Assembly: GCA_963977005.1 (NCBI GenBank)
Contig: CAXBMQ010000024.1
Coordinates: forward strand, 1,050-65,049
Source: an uncultured Rhodospirillaceae bacterium
GTDB lineage: Bacteria; Pseudomonadota; Alphaproteobacteria; MPNO01; UBA830
Direction: 5' to 3'
DNA: 64,000 bases
The translations under genes and the position numbers were made by a program. This document shows positions 9,251 to 19,155 of this stretch, in pieces. The notes under the pieces are model-generated. The model had not been told where the DNA came from. It did not search any database and worked only from the letters and a program-made list of their open reading frames with translations. Every line of letters starts with the position of its first letter. Within the stretch, counting starts at the first letter, position 1.

Positions 9251-12070
9251 ATGGGTTTTCCTGCCGCGCTCCGGAACCTGTCGATCAAGCGCAAGCTGTT
9301 TGCTCTCTCGGTCTCTATTTCCGCTCTCGGACTCCTGTTGTCGGCGATCGCGTTCACGGTTCTGGACTATACAAACCTGAAAAAGCGCATCGTAGCGGAT
9401 CATCAGAAACTGATTTCCATCGTCGCCAGCAACGTTGTCGCCCCGCTTGCCTTCGCTGACCGAAACGCCGCCCAAGCGGTGTTGAACGGACTTTCCAGCG
9501 CCGAATCCATCGACGCCGCCTACATCCACGACAGGCACGGCAACCTGTTCTTGCAGAAAAAAATGGCCAAGGTCGCCGGGCAGCACCGCCCGTTCGATAG
9601 ACAAACGGACAGTCGGGACCGGGCCGGCCACCGGTTTGAACACGGCGGCCTGACAATCTGGACCGCGGTTGAGCTTGATGGCGAAACCCTGGGGCACGTG
9701 CACCTGTCGGTAAATCTGAATGACCTGAACCGGTATCTGAGAGACCGTTTTATTATCGGTGCCGGACTTACATTTCTGCTGACGATTGTGTCGGCACTCC
9801 TGGCGGCCTCGATGGCCGGCCTGATTTCGAACCCGATCCGGGAACTCACCCGTCGGATGGGCCGGGTCAGTGAAAACCAGGACTATTCGATCAGAATGCC
9901 CGCAAGTGCCGGTGATGAGGTCGGCCGGCTTGTAACGGGATTCAATTCAATGCTCGACACGATCGAGGAGAGGGATTCCGAGCTCGACACCTACCGCCAC
10001 GATCTCGAACAACTTGTCGCCGATCGAACCGCAGAACTCGAAATCCGCAACCGCGAACTGCTTGCGGCGAAGGATTCCGCCGAACGCGCCAGCGCTGCAA
10101 AATCCGAATTTCTCGCGAATATGAGCCATGAAATCCGTACGCCGATGAATGGCGTGATGGGCATGGCCGACCTGCTGGGGGACACGGACCTGAACGACCG
10201 CCAGGAACGATTCGTCCGCAACATCCGCAATAGCGGCGAGAATCTTCTGAACGTGATCAACGATATTCTCGACTTCTCCAAGATCGAAGCCGGAAAATTC
10301 GAACTGTCGCTGTCGGACGCCAATATCCGTGACGTTATCGAAGAGCAGATGGACCTTCTCGTCCCGGCAGCCCATAAAAAGGGGCTGGAATGCACCGTGT
10401 TCGTATCGGACGACTTGCCGGATGTCCTGCGGGGCGACTTCGGCCGGATACGCCAGATACTCACCAACCTCGTCGGCAACGCGATCAAATTTACCGAACG
10501 GGGCGAAGTCACGGTACGGGTCACCGTCGTGGAGACGGCGCGCGACCAGGTGAAACTACGCCTCGAGGTCGCGGATACCGGTATCGGTATCGCCGCGGCG
10601 GACCAGGCCCGCCTGTTCGGGTCATTTGAGCAGGTCGACAGCTCCGCATCGCGGCAGTTCGGGGGGACGGGTCTCGGTTTGTCGATTGCCCGTCATCTTG
10701 CCACCCTGATGAACGGGGACATCGGCGTTACCAGTGCGCCCGGCAAGGGCTCCACATTCCGCGCCGACATCGTGCTTGAAACAGCTTCGCCGCCGACTTC
10801 CGCCGCCTTTGACCGGCAAGACACAGGGGCTTTTCCGATCGTGCCGGGACTGCGCGTTCTCGTCGTCGACCCCCATGAGACGAGCCGCAATGTTATGCGA
10901 CGGTACCTGGAGGACCGGCAAATCGACTGCCTGTGTGTCGGCGATGGCGGTGCCGCACTCGCCGAACTCGAAACATCCGATGCTGAGGCAGAGGCTTTCG
11001 ACCTGGTAATCGCCGACATTGCAACACCCGGCACAAACGGGATGCCCCTCGTTCGCCAGATCAGATCGGGTGACCGAAACCGGGATATCCCGATCATTCT
11101 GTTATCGACCGACAACCTCGCCCCCGAAAGCGCCGATCCCTTGCAACAGGTCGAAGCATATCTTGCAAAGCCCGTCCATCGGTCCGAACTGTATGCGCGA
11201 CTCACAGAAGTTTTATCTCCGGCTACCGCAATTCCGGCTGCCGAACCGGCACCTTCAAAGCCTGCACGGGCAAGCATGAAATTCAACGCCCATGTCCTGC
11301 TTGCGGAAGACAACGAGGTGAACCAGATCGTCGCAATGGAGCAACTCCTGGCATTCGGCTGCCAGGTGGACGTCGCCCGGAACGGTCGGGAAGCGATCGA
11401 CGCTTTCATGGAGCGCGACTACGACCTCGTTCTGATGGATTGCCAGATGCCGGAAATGGACGGCTTTCAGGCGGTCTCGCTCATCCGGGAGCATGAGGCG
11501 GCAACGCAGGCGCACACGCCCGTTATCGCTCTGACCGCCCATGCATCGCCGGAAGACCGGGCGAAATGTCTGGATGCCGGGATGGATGAGCATCTGTCGA
11601 AACCGTTCAAACGCGAACAGCTTTTCGCCGTTCTCGAAACCTTTCTTTCCAAAGAACGTCTTGCAGGTCGGCGGGACCGGGAGGAGACGCGGGAAGCGCG
11701 GCCTCCGGCGGAGGCCGTCGACGCCGGACAATTCATAGACCCGTCTGTCGCCGATCCGCTGCGCAATGGCAATCCCGACCTCTGGAACCGGCTGATTGCC
11801 GCCTATCTTGCCTCAGCGGCCGAGAAACGCGCGGAGCTGGTTCAGGGGTTTTCGGACGACAATACCGACACTATCCGCCTCGCCGCCCATACCCTGAAGG
11901 CATCGAGCGCCAACATGGGCGCCATGCGGTTGTCGGAAAAATTCCGCCGACTGGAGATCGCTGCCCGCGACGGCGATCCCGATGCGATGAAAGCGCTTTT
12001 CAGCAATGCCGATGCCGAACTGACAAACGTGCTTGCCGCGCTATCCCGCGAGCAGACAACAACCGGCTGA
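9251..12070 (+). CDS. Hybrid sensor histidine kinase (TM-CHASE8-like-TM-HAMP-HisKA-HATPase-REC-REC-Hpt)
   Basis: [16 protein letters not shown]-box, [26 protein letters not shown], two receivers ([16 protein letters not shown]), Hpt AHTLKASS. Confidence 0.93.
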   Translation: MGFPAALRNLSIKRKLFALSVSISALGLLLSAIAFTVLDYTNLKKRIVADHQKLISIVASNVVAPLAFADRNAAQAVLNGLSSAESIDAAYIHDRHGNLFLQKKMAKVAGQHRPFDRQTDSRDRAGHRFEHGGLTIWTAVELDGETLGHVHLSVNLNDLNRYLRDRFIIGAGLTFLLTIVSALLAASMAGLISNPIRELTRRMGRVSENQDYSIRMPASAGDEVGRLVTGFNSMLDTIEERDSELDTYRHDLEQLVADRTAELEIRNRELLAAKDSAERASAAKSEFLANMSHEIRTPMNGVMGMADLLGDTDLNDRQERFVRNIRNSGENLLNVINDILDFSKIEAGKFELSLSDANIRDVIEEQMDLLVPAAHKKGLECTVFVSDDLPDVLRGDFGRIRQILTNLVGNAIKFTERGEVTVRVTVVETARDQVKLRLEVADTGIGIAAADQARLFGSFEQVDSSASRQFGGTGLGLSIARHLATLMNGDIGVTSAPGKGSTFRADIVLETASPPTSAAFDRQDTGAFPIVPGLRVLVVDPHETSRNVMRRYLEDRQIDCLCVGDGGAALAELETSDAEAEAFDLVIADIATPGTNGMPLVRQIRSGDRNRDIPIILLSTDNLAPESADPLQQVEAYLAKPVHRSELYARLTEVLSPATAIPAAEPAPSKPARASMKFNAHVLLAEDNEVNQIVAMEQLLAFGCQVDVARNGREAIDAFMERDYDLVLMDCQMPEMDGFQAVSLIREHEAATQAHTPVIALTAHASPEDRAKCLDAGMDEHLSKPFKREQLFAVLETFLSKERLAGRRDREETREARPPAEAVDAGQFIDPSVADPLRNGNPDLWNRLIAAYLASAAEKRAELVQGFSDDNTDTIRLAAHTLKASSANMGAMRLSEKFRRLEIAARDGDPDAMKALFSNADAELTNVLAALSREQTTTG

Positions 12071-12074
12071 CAGC

Positions 12075-13466
12075 CTACGCCCCGGTCGCTCCTGCAATCT
12101 CGCGCCCGGCAATCCGTCCGATACCGAAAGCCTTGATCAATCCGCCGACATAGCCCGCCCGGGGACCGCCTTCGAGCCCGCCGACAACGGAACCGGCAGC
12201 ATACAGGCCGGGAATCGGGGATCCGGCCGTATCCAGCACCCGCGCCCGCCCGTCGACGGCGACACCCCCCGACGTCACGGTAAGCCCGGCGCAGAGCGGG
12301 ATCGCATAATACGGCGGCTTTTCAACCATGTGCGCGGGGTAGGTCAGCGTCGTGCGGGCCGGGCTGAGCGCCGGCGCACTACCGGCACGCACCAAGCCGT
12401 TGAATGCCTCGACGGTCGCAGCCAGGCCGGTCGCGTCGAGCCCGGCCATTGCCGACAGTTCGTCGAGCGTGTCGGCCTGAAACACCGTGCCGCCGTTTTC
12501 GACCAGGGACGGGTTGGGCGGCACGATATCGTTTTCTCGCGCATCTTCCCAGACCGACGAATCGAAAATAGCGGTCGCCGACAATGGATCGGCCAGCCCG
12601 GCAATCGCATTGGTAACGTAAATTCCCCCGAGTCCTTCATCGCAAAACCGGTTGCCGTCGGGCGTGACGACCAGGCCCTTGGCGCAGATGACATCGAGTT
12701 GCGGATACGGCCAGAGGCTCTCGTTTGTCAGCGCATCGCGGCTGAGCACGTGGCCGTAGAACTTGTCGAGCCCGACGAGCGCCGCGCCGATCTCCGCCGC
12801 CATCCGCAGGCCGTCGCCCCTGCCCGTCTCCGTGTTGCGCTGCCGGACCTTGGCCGGATCCGACGTGATGTGCCTGCCAATCAATTCACGGTCCGCCTGA
12901 AATCCGCCATCGGCGATGACCACCGCTTTTGCCGCGATCCGCTCGCCGTCCTCGAGTTCCAGACCCGCCACGATGCCCGCCTCCATCAGGATGCGCGATG
13001 CACGGGCACCCCGGCGCAGTTCGCCCCGGCGCTCGGTGAGTTTCGCCCCCAGCGCCTGCAGGAAAAGATGAGGGCCGCTGTTTTCCCAGTCGAGCCCCGC
13101 GCGCATGGCGCGGCCCGGCGCCATCATCGGCATGCCCCAGGACCGGCGCGGATGCTGCAGAAATTCGCTGCCCTCCTTACGCATCCAGTCGATGGTCTCC
13201 TGCGCATTGTCGGCAACCGCCCGTGCAAGGTCTTCGCGCGCCGTGCCGTCGGTCGCGTCGATTATCGCCTTGTACAGGGCCTCCGCCGGCTCTTCGGGAC
13301 CGTGAAACGCCACGTGGAGCGCGCCGGTAGCGACACGGGAATTGCACATATAAAAATCGTCGGTGCCGGCCTCGAGGACAACCGGCCGCGCGCCGCCCAG
13401 GGCCGCATGATTGGCGGCCGTCAGACCGGCAAACCCGCCGCCGATTATCGCTACATCGAATGTCAT
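12075..13466 (-). CDS. FAD-dependent oxidoreductase (flavocytochrome c/TcuA-like, FAD_binding_2)
   Basis: DVAIIGGGFAGL, VVIADGGF, TSGGVAVD, IPGLYAAG. Confidence 0.85.
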   Translation of the reverse strand: MTFDVAIIGGGFAGLTAANHAALGGARPVVLEAGTDDFYMCNSRVATGALHVAFHGPEEPAEALYKAIIDATDGTAREDLARAVADNAQETIDWMRKEGSEFLQHPRRSWGMPMMAPGRAMRAGLDWENSGPHLFLQALGAKLTERRGELRRGARASRILMEAGIVAGLELEDGERIAAKAVVIADGGFQADRELIGRHITSDPAKVRQRNTETGRGDGLRMAAEIGAALVGLDKFYGHVLSRDALTNESLWPYPQLDVICAKGLVVTPDGNRFCDEGLGGIYVTNAIAGLADPLSATAIFDSSVWEDARENDIVPPNPSLVENGGTVFQADTLDELSAMAGLDATGLAATVEAFNGLVRAGSAPALSPARTTLTYPAHMVEKPPYYAIPLCAGLTVTSGGVAVDGRARVLDTAGSPIPGLYAAGSVVGGLEGGPRAGYVGGLIKAFGIGRIAGREIAGATGA

Positions 13467-13726
13467 CTTCCAGTGTCCCCGCTGCGTGCTTTCTGTTCGG
13501 GTTCAATCTAGTACAGCGGGCAGGAACAAGGCGATACCCGCAAAGAAAAGCTCGCGAAGAACCTTATTGCGGCGGCCCTCTCGGAATATTCTGGCATATC
13601 CTGTATGTCTATTTCGGCAGAGTGTTTTCGCGTCGGGCCGGGATCGCAATATGCTCCCGCCGGACCGGAACCCTGAAAAATTGGCGCAGGAATAGATCAA
13701 ATCAAAACATCCGAGGGAACGGAACA

Positions 13727-14125
13727 ATGATCAGGACCAGAGGTCTCGCACATTTCACCCTGCCGGTGACCGACACCGTCCGCAGCATGGCGTTCTATAC
13801 CGGGATTCTGGGTATGAAGGCGATACAGGTAAATCATGACCGCGGCATGGTGTTTCTCGACTGCGGCGGCGATTGCCTGATCCTCGCCAAATCGGAAGCA
13901 CGGGTGAACCCGGATGATCACGACGTGCATCATGCCTTCGTCGTCGATGCGGACGACTACGAGAGTGCCAAGGAGGATCTGGCGGCAAACGGCGTAGATG
14001 TCTTCTTCGAAGAAGACCGCCAGGGCGGCGCCGTCAACGGGCCAAGGGCCTATTTCCACGATCCCGACGGCAACGTGCTCGAGATCATCAATCTGACCAG
14101 TTACAAAGGCGATCGGGACGCCTGA
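13727..14125 (+). CDS. VOC/glyoxalase family protein
   Basis: LAHFTLPV, FYTGILG, HHAF, YFHDPDGNVLE; GAGGG RBS before ATG 13727. Confidence 0.88.
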   Translation: MIRTRGLAHFTLPVTDTVRSMAFYTGILGMKAIQVNHDRGMVFLDCGGDCLILAKSEARVNPDDHDVHHAFVVDADDYESAKEDLAANGVDVFFEEDRQGGAVNGPRAYFHDPDGNVLEIINLTSYKGDRDA

Positions 14126-14415
14126 AAATCGGCGTTTTTCCGACCCGTTTCGGGCGAAACTGCACACAGGGCTGGGGGTATCTCTTCAATCCACAGGCAG
14201 GGCCTTGGCGATTCGGCTCTATTGCGGTGCAATAACAACGGCTTATGAAAGCTTATCCCCAAGGGGCGCTTTCCACAGGAAAATTGCACAAAACCGCAGA
14301 TTCCGGTTGCTCTCGGAGCTTACCCATATATAGTAGTCACTGCTTTGTAACATACTGCATGTAGCGCATGCGGTACGGGTTGGCACAAGAGTACAGCTAT
14401 GAGGAGGGGGAAGTG

Positions 14416-14793
14416 ATGCAGTGGAGTCCCGAAAGAGTCGAGACACTCACGCGTCTTTGGGCGGAAGGTCTGTCTGCACGGCAGATTGCGGAAAAGCTGG
14501 GTGGCGGGGTCACGCGGAATGCCGTGATCGGCAAGGCACACCGGTTGAATTTGCAGCGCGGCACCGAGATACCGAAGAAGGAACCGGAGCCGGAACCCGT
14601 CGTCTTCGAAGAACCTGTCTTTCACCATCCGTCGGCCGACGTCGAACCGTGGATGTGTCGCTGGCCCAGCGATGAGGCCGGCAAGTACGGCCTTCATATC
14701 TGCGGCAAGACAGCCCAGCCGGGGCGGCATTACTGCGCCGAGCACTGTACGGCGCATTACCTGCTGCGACGCCGCGCGACGGTCGCCGCATAG
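14416..14793 (+). CDS. gcrA: GcrA family cell-cycle regulator
   Basis: MQWSPERVETLTRLWAEGLSARQIA, VTRNAVIGKAHRL, CRWP, YCAEH; GAGGAGG RBS. Confidence 0.9.
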   Translation: MQWSPERVETLTRLWAEGLSARQIAEKLGGGVTRNAVIGKAHRLNLQRGTEIPKKEPEPEPVVFEEPVFHHPSADVEPWMCRWPSDEAGKYGLHICGKTAQPGRHYCAEHCTAHYLLRRRATVAA

Positions 14794-14824
14794 GCGCGAT
14801 TGGCACACGACATTATCGACGCAT

Positions 14825-14855
14825 GAGGCGCCTTTCGGGGCGCCTCTTTCGTTTT
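14825..14855 (+). terminator. Rho-independent terminator
   Basis: GAGGCGCC-tttcgg-GGCGCCTC then T-rich tail. Confidence 0.75.
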
Positions 14856-14940
14856 GCCAATCTGCGCCGCCCGATATTCATCACTTGATGGCGGCAGCGC
14901 CCCGCGCAAAGATACGAAGACACCGTATCGGATGGCCGCC

Positions 14941-16182
14941 ATGAAATCGCGATATCACCACGAAATTCCGGCGCATGACCCTACCCTCACGCATGTCGAG
15001 CGCGGCTCGCCCATGGGCGAAATGCTGCGCCGCTACTGGCAGCCTGTCTGCACCTCCGACGAGGTCGGCGAACTGCCGAAGCGCGTGCGTATCATGTGCG
15101 AGGACCTTGTTCTCTTCCGCGACGGGACCGGCGGAACCGGCTGTCTCGAACTCCATTGCCCGCATCGCGGCACCTCTCTCGAATGGGGCCGGGTCGAAGA
15201 AGACGGGCTGCGCTGCTGCTATCACGGCTGGAAATTCGCAACCGACGGCCGGTGTGTCGACATGGCCTGCGAAAGCGACGAATTCCGCGAAAAGATGGAT
15301 GTCTGGCAAGCCGGCTACCCGACCCACGAATATGGCGGGCTGGTCTTCATCTACATGGGCCCACCGGCGGAAATGCCCCTCTTCCCGATGTACGACATTC
15401 TCGACACCCGCCACCGCGACGACGTCGAACTGCGCGGGATGCGACTGTGGGAAGACCATGCCATCGGCTATGTCCGGGACTGCAACTGGCTTCAGCACTA
15501 TGAAAACGTCATCGATGCCTTCCATCTGCTGATCCTTCATGCCGCGAATTCCGGCGACCAGTTCGGCAGCGTCGTCACCACAACGGGTTGGCCCGATCTC
15601 GACTTCGAGGAAACCGATCTCGGCGTCCGCTACAACATGCGGCGAAACCTTCCCAACGGAAACAGACTGGAACGCCATGCCGAGGTCGTGCTGCCGAATA
15701 TCAGCCTGATCCCCAGCATCCACGAACAGGGCACGGACGCAAAGCACCAGGAACGCGCAACCGAGGTGACCTGGTGCGTGCCGGTCGATAACGAACACCT
15801 CTACGGTATTTCCATCGTTGCCTGGCCAAAGGACGATGCCGGCAATCCCCTCGACGGCTGGAAACCGGGTACCGACACGGTCACCGACATCCGCCCGGGA
15901 AATCTCCGCAACCGACCTTACGAAGACAAGCAGCGCAATCCCGACGATATGGAAGCCCAGGAAAGCCAGCGGCCGATTGCGATCCATGCGCTTGAAAATC
16001 TCGCGACGTCCGATCGCGGTATCGTGCTGCTGCGCCGCCAGCTGCGGCGGTCGCTCGACCGGCTTGCAGCGGGTAAGGACCCTGCCAATATCATTCGCGA
16101 CGACGACGCCAATCACGCCATCGAAACCCACGCCTGGAACACCGTCATCCTGCCCGACGCGCCGAGCGAGGCCGCCGAATAA
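14941..16182 (+). CDS. Rieske oxygenase alpha subunit (phthalate 4,5-dioxygenase-like)
   Basis: PMGEMLRRYWQPV, CPHRG...CCYHGW, NWLQHYENVIDAFHLLILH, ENLATSDRG; start approximate. Confidence 0.88.
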   Translation: MKSRYHHEIPAHDPTLTHVERGSPMGEMLRRYWQPVCTSDEVGELPKRVRIMCEDLVLFRDGTGGTGCLELHCPHRGTSLEWGRVEEDGLRCCYHGWKFATDGRCVDMACESDEFREKMDVWQAGYPTHEYGGLVFIYMGPPAEMPLFPMYDILDTRHRDDVELRGMRLWEDHAIGYVRDCNWLQHYENVIDAFHLLILHAANSGDQFGSVVTTTGWPDLDFEETDLGVRYNMRRNLPNGNRLERHAEVVLPNISLIPSIHEQGTDAKHQERATEVTWCVPVDNEHLYGISIVAWPKDDAGNPLDGWKPGTDTVTDIRPGNLRNRPYEDKQRNPDDMEAQESQRPIAIHALENLATSDRGIVLLRRQLRRSLDRLAAGKDPANIIRDDDANHAIETHAWNTVILPDAPSEAAE

Positions 16183-16186
16183 CATC

Positions 16187-16519
16187 ATGGCAATCGACAC
16201 GGAAAAATTCCGCGCGCTGCTAAAGACACGCAAGGACGACCTGACGGCCTCGATTGAGAATGCCGCAGGCTCCGCCGCGCCGGTGGAACTCGATCAGCAG
16301 GTGCAGGGGCGGCTGTCGCGCATGGATGCAATACAGGGACAGGCCATGGCCCAGGCGACGATAGAACGCCGCCGCATCGAAATCGCCCGGATCGATGCCG
16401 CTTTCGGTCGGATGGAAGACGGCGAATTCGGCTATTGCGTCGAGTGCGGCGGAGAGATCGCGCCCAAGCGCCTGGAACTGAACCCGGCGACCGCCCGCTG
16501 CGTGGAGTGTGCAGACTAG
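16187..16519 (+). CDS. TraR/DksA C4 zinc-finger protein
   Basis: VELDQQVQGRLSRMDAIQ, FGYCVECG...CVEC. Confidence 0.9.
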   Translation: MAIDTEKFRALLKTRKDDLTASIENAAGSAAPVELDQQVQGRLSRMDAIQGQAMAQATIERRRIEIARIDAAFGRMEDGEFGYCVECGGEIAPKRLELNPATARCVECAD

Positions 16520-16621
16520 GCAATCGCCGGGTTTAGCGCTCAACCGCGCTCTTTCGTCCTCACCGGCCGGATGCTGCTTACTTCATGGCGGCCGTGGAGA
16601 GATGAGCACTTCGGGTTCTGG

Positions 16622-17149
16622 TCAGTTGGATGCGTCGGCGACCTGTTGCGGCGCACGCTTCGGATCGGTGTAGAAAATATGCCGACCGATCCGCGCATAG
16701 CGGTCGAGCTTTTTCGCCCAGGACGGGCTGACGCTGACGGCGTGATACCACAGCGCGCCGTTGGTCGGGTCGTTAACGACACCCGTCTTGATCAGCTTGG
16801 CCACATGCAGGCTTTCCTTCCACGCCGCGCGATCCCGCGGCTTGTCGCTGCGCCCGTCGCACCACCACGAGAACTGGCAGCGATGGCGCTTCTTGTAGCC
16901 ACCCTGCTTGATCACCGAGCATACCTGGCGCGGCCAGCGGCGGTCCGCGGCCCGATTGAGAACCACATGCGCCACCGCGACCTTGCCGACCATCGGCTCG
17001 CCACGCGCTTCGTGATAGATGTTCTGCGCCAGGCAGTGCAGGTCGGGGCTGTAGCCCGCCTTGTTGTCGTCGCCAAGGCTGCTTGCCGACACATCCGCCG
17101 TCGCTGCAATAACTGCGAGAGAAAGAAGAATTGCTGTGAAGTATCGCAT
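16622..17149 (-). CDS. Cell wall hydrolase, SleB/Hydrolase_2 family
   Basis: Signal peptide; CLAQNIYHEARGE, VVLNR, CQFSWWCDG, IGRHIFY. Confidence 0.92.
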   Translation of the reverse strand: MRYFTAILLSLAVIAATADVSASSLGDDNKAGYSPDLHCLAQNIYHEARGEPMVGKVAVAHVVLNRAADRRWPRQVCSVIKQGGYKKRHRCQFSWWCDGRSDKPRDRAAWKESLHVAKLIKTGVVNDPTNGALWYHAVSVSPSWAKKLDRYARIGRHIFYTDPKRAPQQVADASN

Positions 17150-17439
17150 CTCATCACCTGCTCTTGTTAACCGTGTCCGCCGGTTAATAACCGTCCTGTC
17201 AGCAGGTAATGTGTCTTTTATACTTAGTTAATTTCAACAAGTATTGTGTTTCATTTTAACATTAATTTACGAAAATTAACTATATTGACGATTTTCGCCT
17301 TTGAAAAACAAGGACTTACAGAATGCCTGTTTTTCGATCAAATTTTATTTTAATTTTTTCCCGGTTTCCGTGCGAGACCGGGCCCAAAAAACAGGGTTAA
17401 CGCGGGCCGGCCAAACGGCACCGCGCAGGCCGCGAAAGG

Positions 17440-19155
17440 TTAACGTTTTCGCCGCACGGCCGTCGCCGCACGATCGATCTGGTTGTCGACAACCACAACA
17501 CCGTATTTGGCCTCGGCGGCGGCGACTGACAGGTATCCGTCGCGCACGTCTTCGAGCACCCGGTCCGCGGCGCGCTCGAACGGGTCGCCATACCCGCTGC
17601 CGCCGGTCTGCTGCAGGCGGACGATCGTCCCCGCCGATGCTTCCCGGGTGTCCAGCGCTGCCAGCACCACCGCATCGGGCCCATCGGGATTGATCGACGT
17701 GACGCAAACCGGCGGCCCTTCGCCCCCTGCGACACCCCAGCCCGGCCGTTCGTGGTTCGCCGTGCGCGCGGTCAGCATTACGTCGGACAGCATTTCGTAT
17801 TCGCGCACGAAGCCTATCCCGCCCCGCGTACGTCCGGCGCCGGCCGAGTCCGGCCAGATGTCGAATTTACGAATGCGGATCGGATATTCGGTCTCGACAA
17901 TCTCGACGGGGGTCGACGGCGTAAAATGGCACATGCCCATGACCATCGGCGTGCCGTCATGGTCTGCGGTCCCGCCAAGGGACGTCACCATCAACTCGTA
18001 CTGAACGGTCGGCTTGCCGTTGCGCCCTTCCCTGTAACCGATCGCGATGGCACCATTGCCGAGCCCCGGCGGCGCGACCGCGCGGGCCGGGTTCAGCTTG
18101 CCGAGCGCCGCCACGACGCAGGCATAGGCAAGGTGCGACGTCGGGAAATAATGGTTTACGGTCGCCGGATAGACCGGGGTGACGACCTTGCCGTCGGGCA
18201 GCACGAAATCCAGCGCCTCGAACGCACCGGCATTGACCGGGATAGAGGGATCGGATGCTGCGATCGTCGCCAGCAGCGACACCGCCTTGCAGGTCTGCGC
18301 GGGCGTGTTGATCGGCCCCCGGGTCTGCCCGTCCGACCCCGAGAAATCGATGGTGAGCCGCGCGCCCTTCTTGATCGCGCGGACATGGATCCTGACGGGC
18401 GTGTTCAGGTCCGCGCCGTCGTGGTCCATGAAGCCCTCGGCCTCGGCCTCGCCATCGGGCCATGACGCGATCTCCGCCTTCACCCGGTCCCGGGTGCGGT
18501 CGATAAGGCTCTGCATGGCGCCGACCAGCGTCTCGACGCCGTATTCGTCCGACAGGGCGACCAATCGCTCGGCGCCGAGCCGGGTCGAGCCCACCTGCCC
18601 GCGCAGGTCGCCGACGACGACATCGGGTACGCGGCTGTTGGTGCGAATGATGTTTTCGATTTCCGGCACCACGCCGTTTTCGGTCCAGTAGCGTACCGGC
18701 GGCAGACGCAGCCCATCGTGAAAAATCTCCCGCGACGCCGCGCCCGACGAGCCCGGCACCAGCCCGCCGAGATCCGCCTTGTGCGCGACCGAAACGCCGA
18801 AGGCGATCCGGCGCCCGCGATAGAACACCGGTGTCAGCACGACCATGTCGGGTACGTGACTGTTCCCGGCCTGGTAGGGGTCGTTACAGACAAAGCTGTC
18901 GCCATCCCGCATGGCATCGCCGGGATAGGCCGCCAACAGGCTTTCAACGGCTTTCGTATAAAGCATCGAATGATACTGGATGCCGCCGCCGACCATGATG
19001 ACCCTGCCGTCGGCATCGGTCAGCCCGGCGGTGCCGTCCTGGCTTTCGCGCAGGATCGGCGAATAGCCGGAATGGAACAGCGCATGGGCCATCGCCTCGG
19101 TGGTTTCACGGACCCGGCTGAGGACAACCTCGGTGGTGATCGGATCGAGGCTCAT
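17440..19155 (-). CDS. Hydantoinase B/oxoprolinase family protein
   Basis: SPILRESQD, NDPY...SHVPD, HKADLGG, PVEIVE, SAGAGRTRGG, GGSGYGDP. Confidence 0.92.
   Translation of the reverse strand: MSLDPITTEVVLSRVRETTEAMAHALFHSGYSPILRESQDGTAGLTDADGRVIMVGGGIQYHSMLYTKAVESLLAAYPGDAMRDGDSFVCNDPYQAGNSHVPDMVVLTPVFYRGRRIAFGVSVAHKADLGGLVPGSSGAASREIFHDGLRLPPVRYWTENGVVPEIENIIRTNSRVPDVVVGDLRGQVGSTRLGAERLVALSDEYGVETLVGAMQSLIDRTRDRVKAEIASWPDGEAEAEGFMDHDGADLNTPVRIHVRAIKKGARLTIDFSGSDGQTRGPINTPAQTCKAVSLLATIAASDPSIPVNAGAFEALDFVLPDGKVVTPVYPATVNHYFPTSHLAYACVVAALGKLNPARAVAPPGLGNGAIAIGYREGRNGKPTVQYELMVTSLGGTADHDGTPMVMGMCHFTPSTPVEIVETEYPIRIRKFDIWPDSAGAGRTRGGIGFVREYEMLSDVMLTARTANHERPGWGVAGGEGPPVCVTSINPDGPDAVVLAALDTREASAGTIVRLQQTGGSGYGDPFERAADRVLEDVRDGYLSVAAAEAKYGVVVVDNQIDRAATAVRRKR

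Noticed and set aside
12033-13511. 492-aa plus-strand ORF, and similar long ORFs at 14881, 19401, 22391, 31899, 37182, 55071, 56571
   Set aside because: They overlap well-supported genes (mostly antisense), have biased Arg/Pro or Val/Ala composition, and show no family motifs
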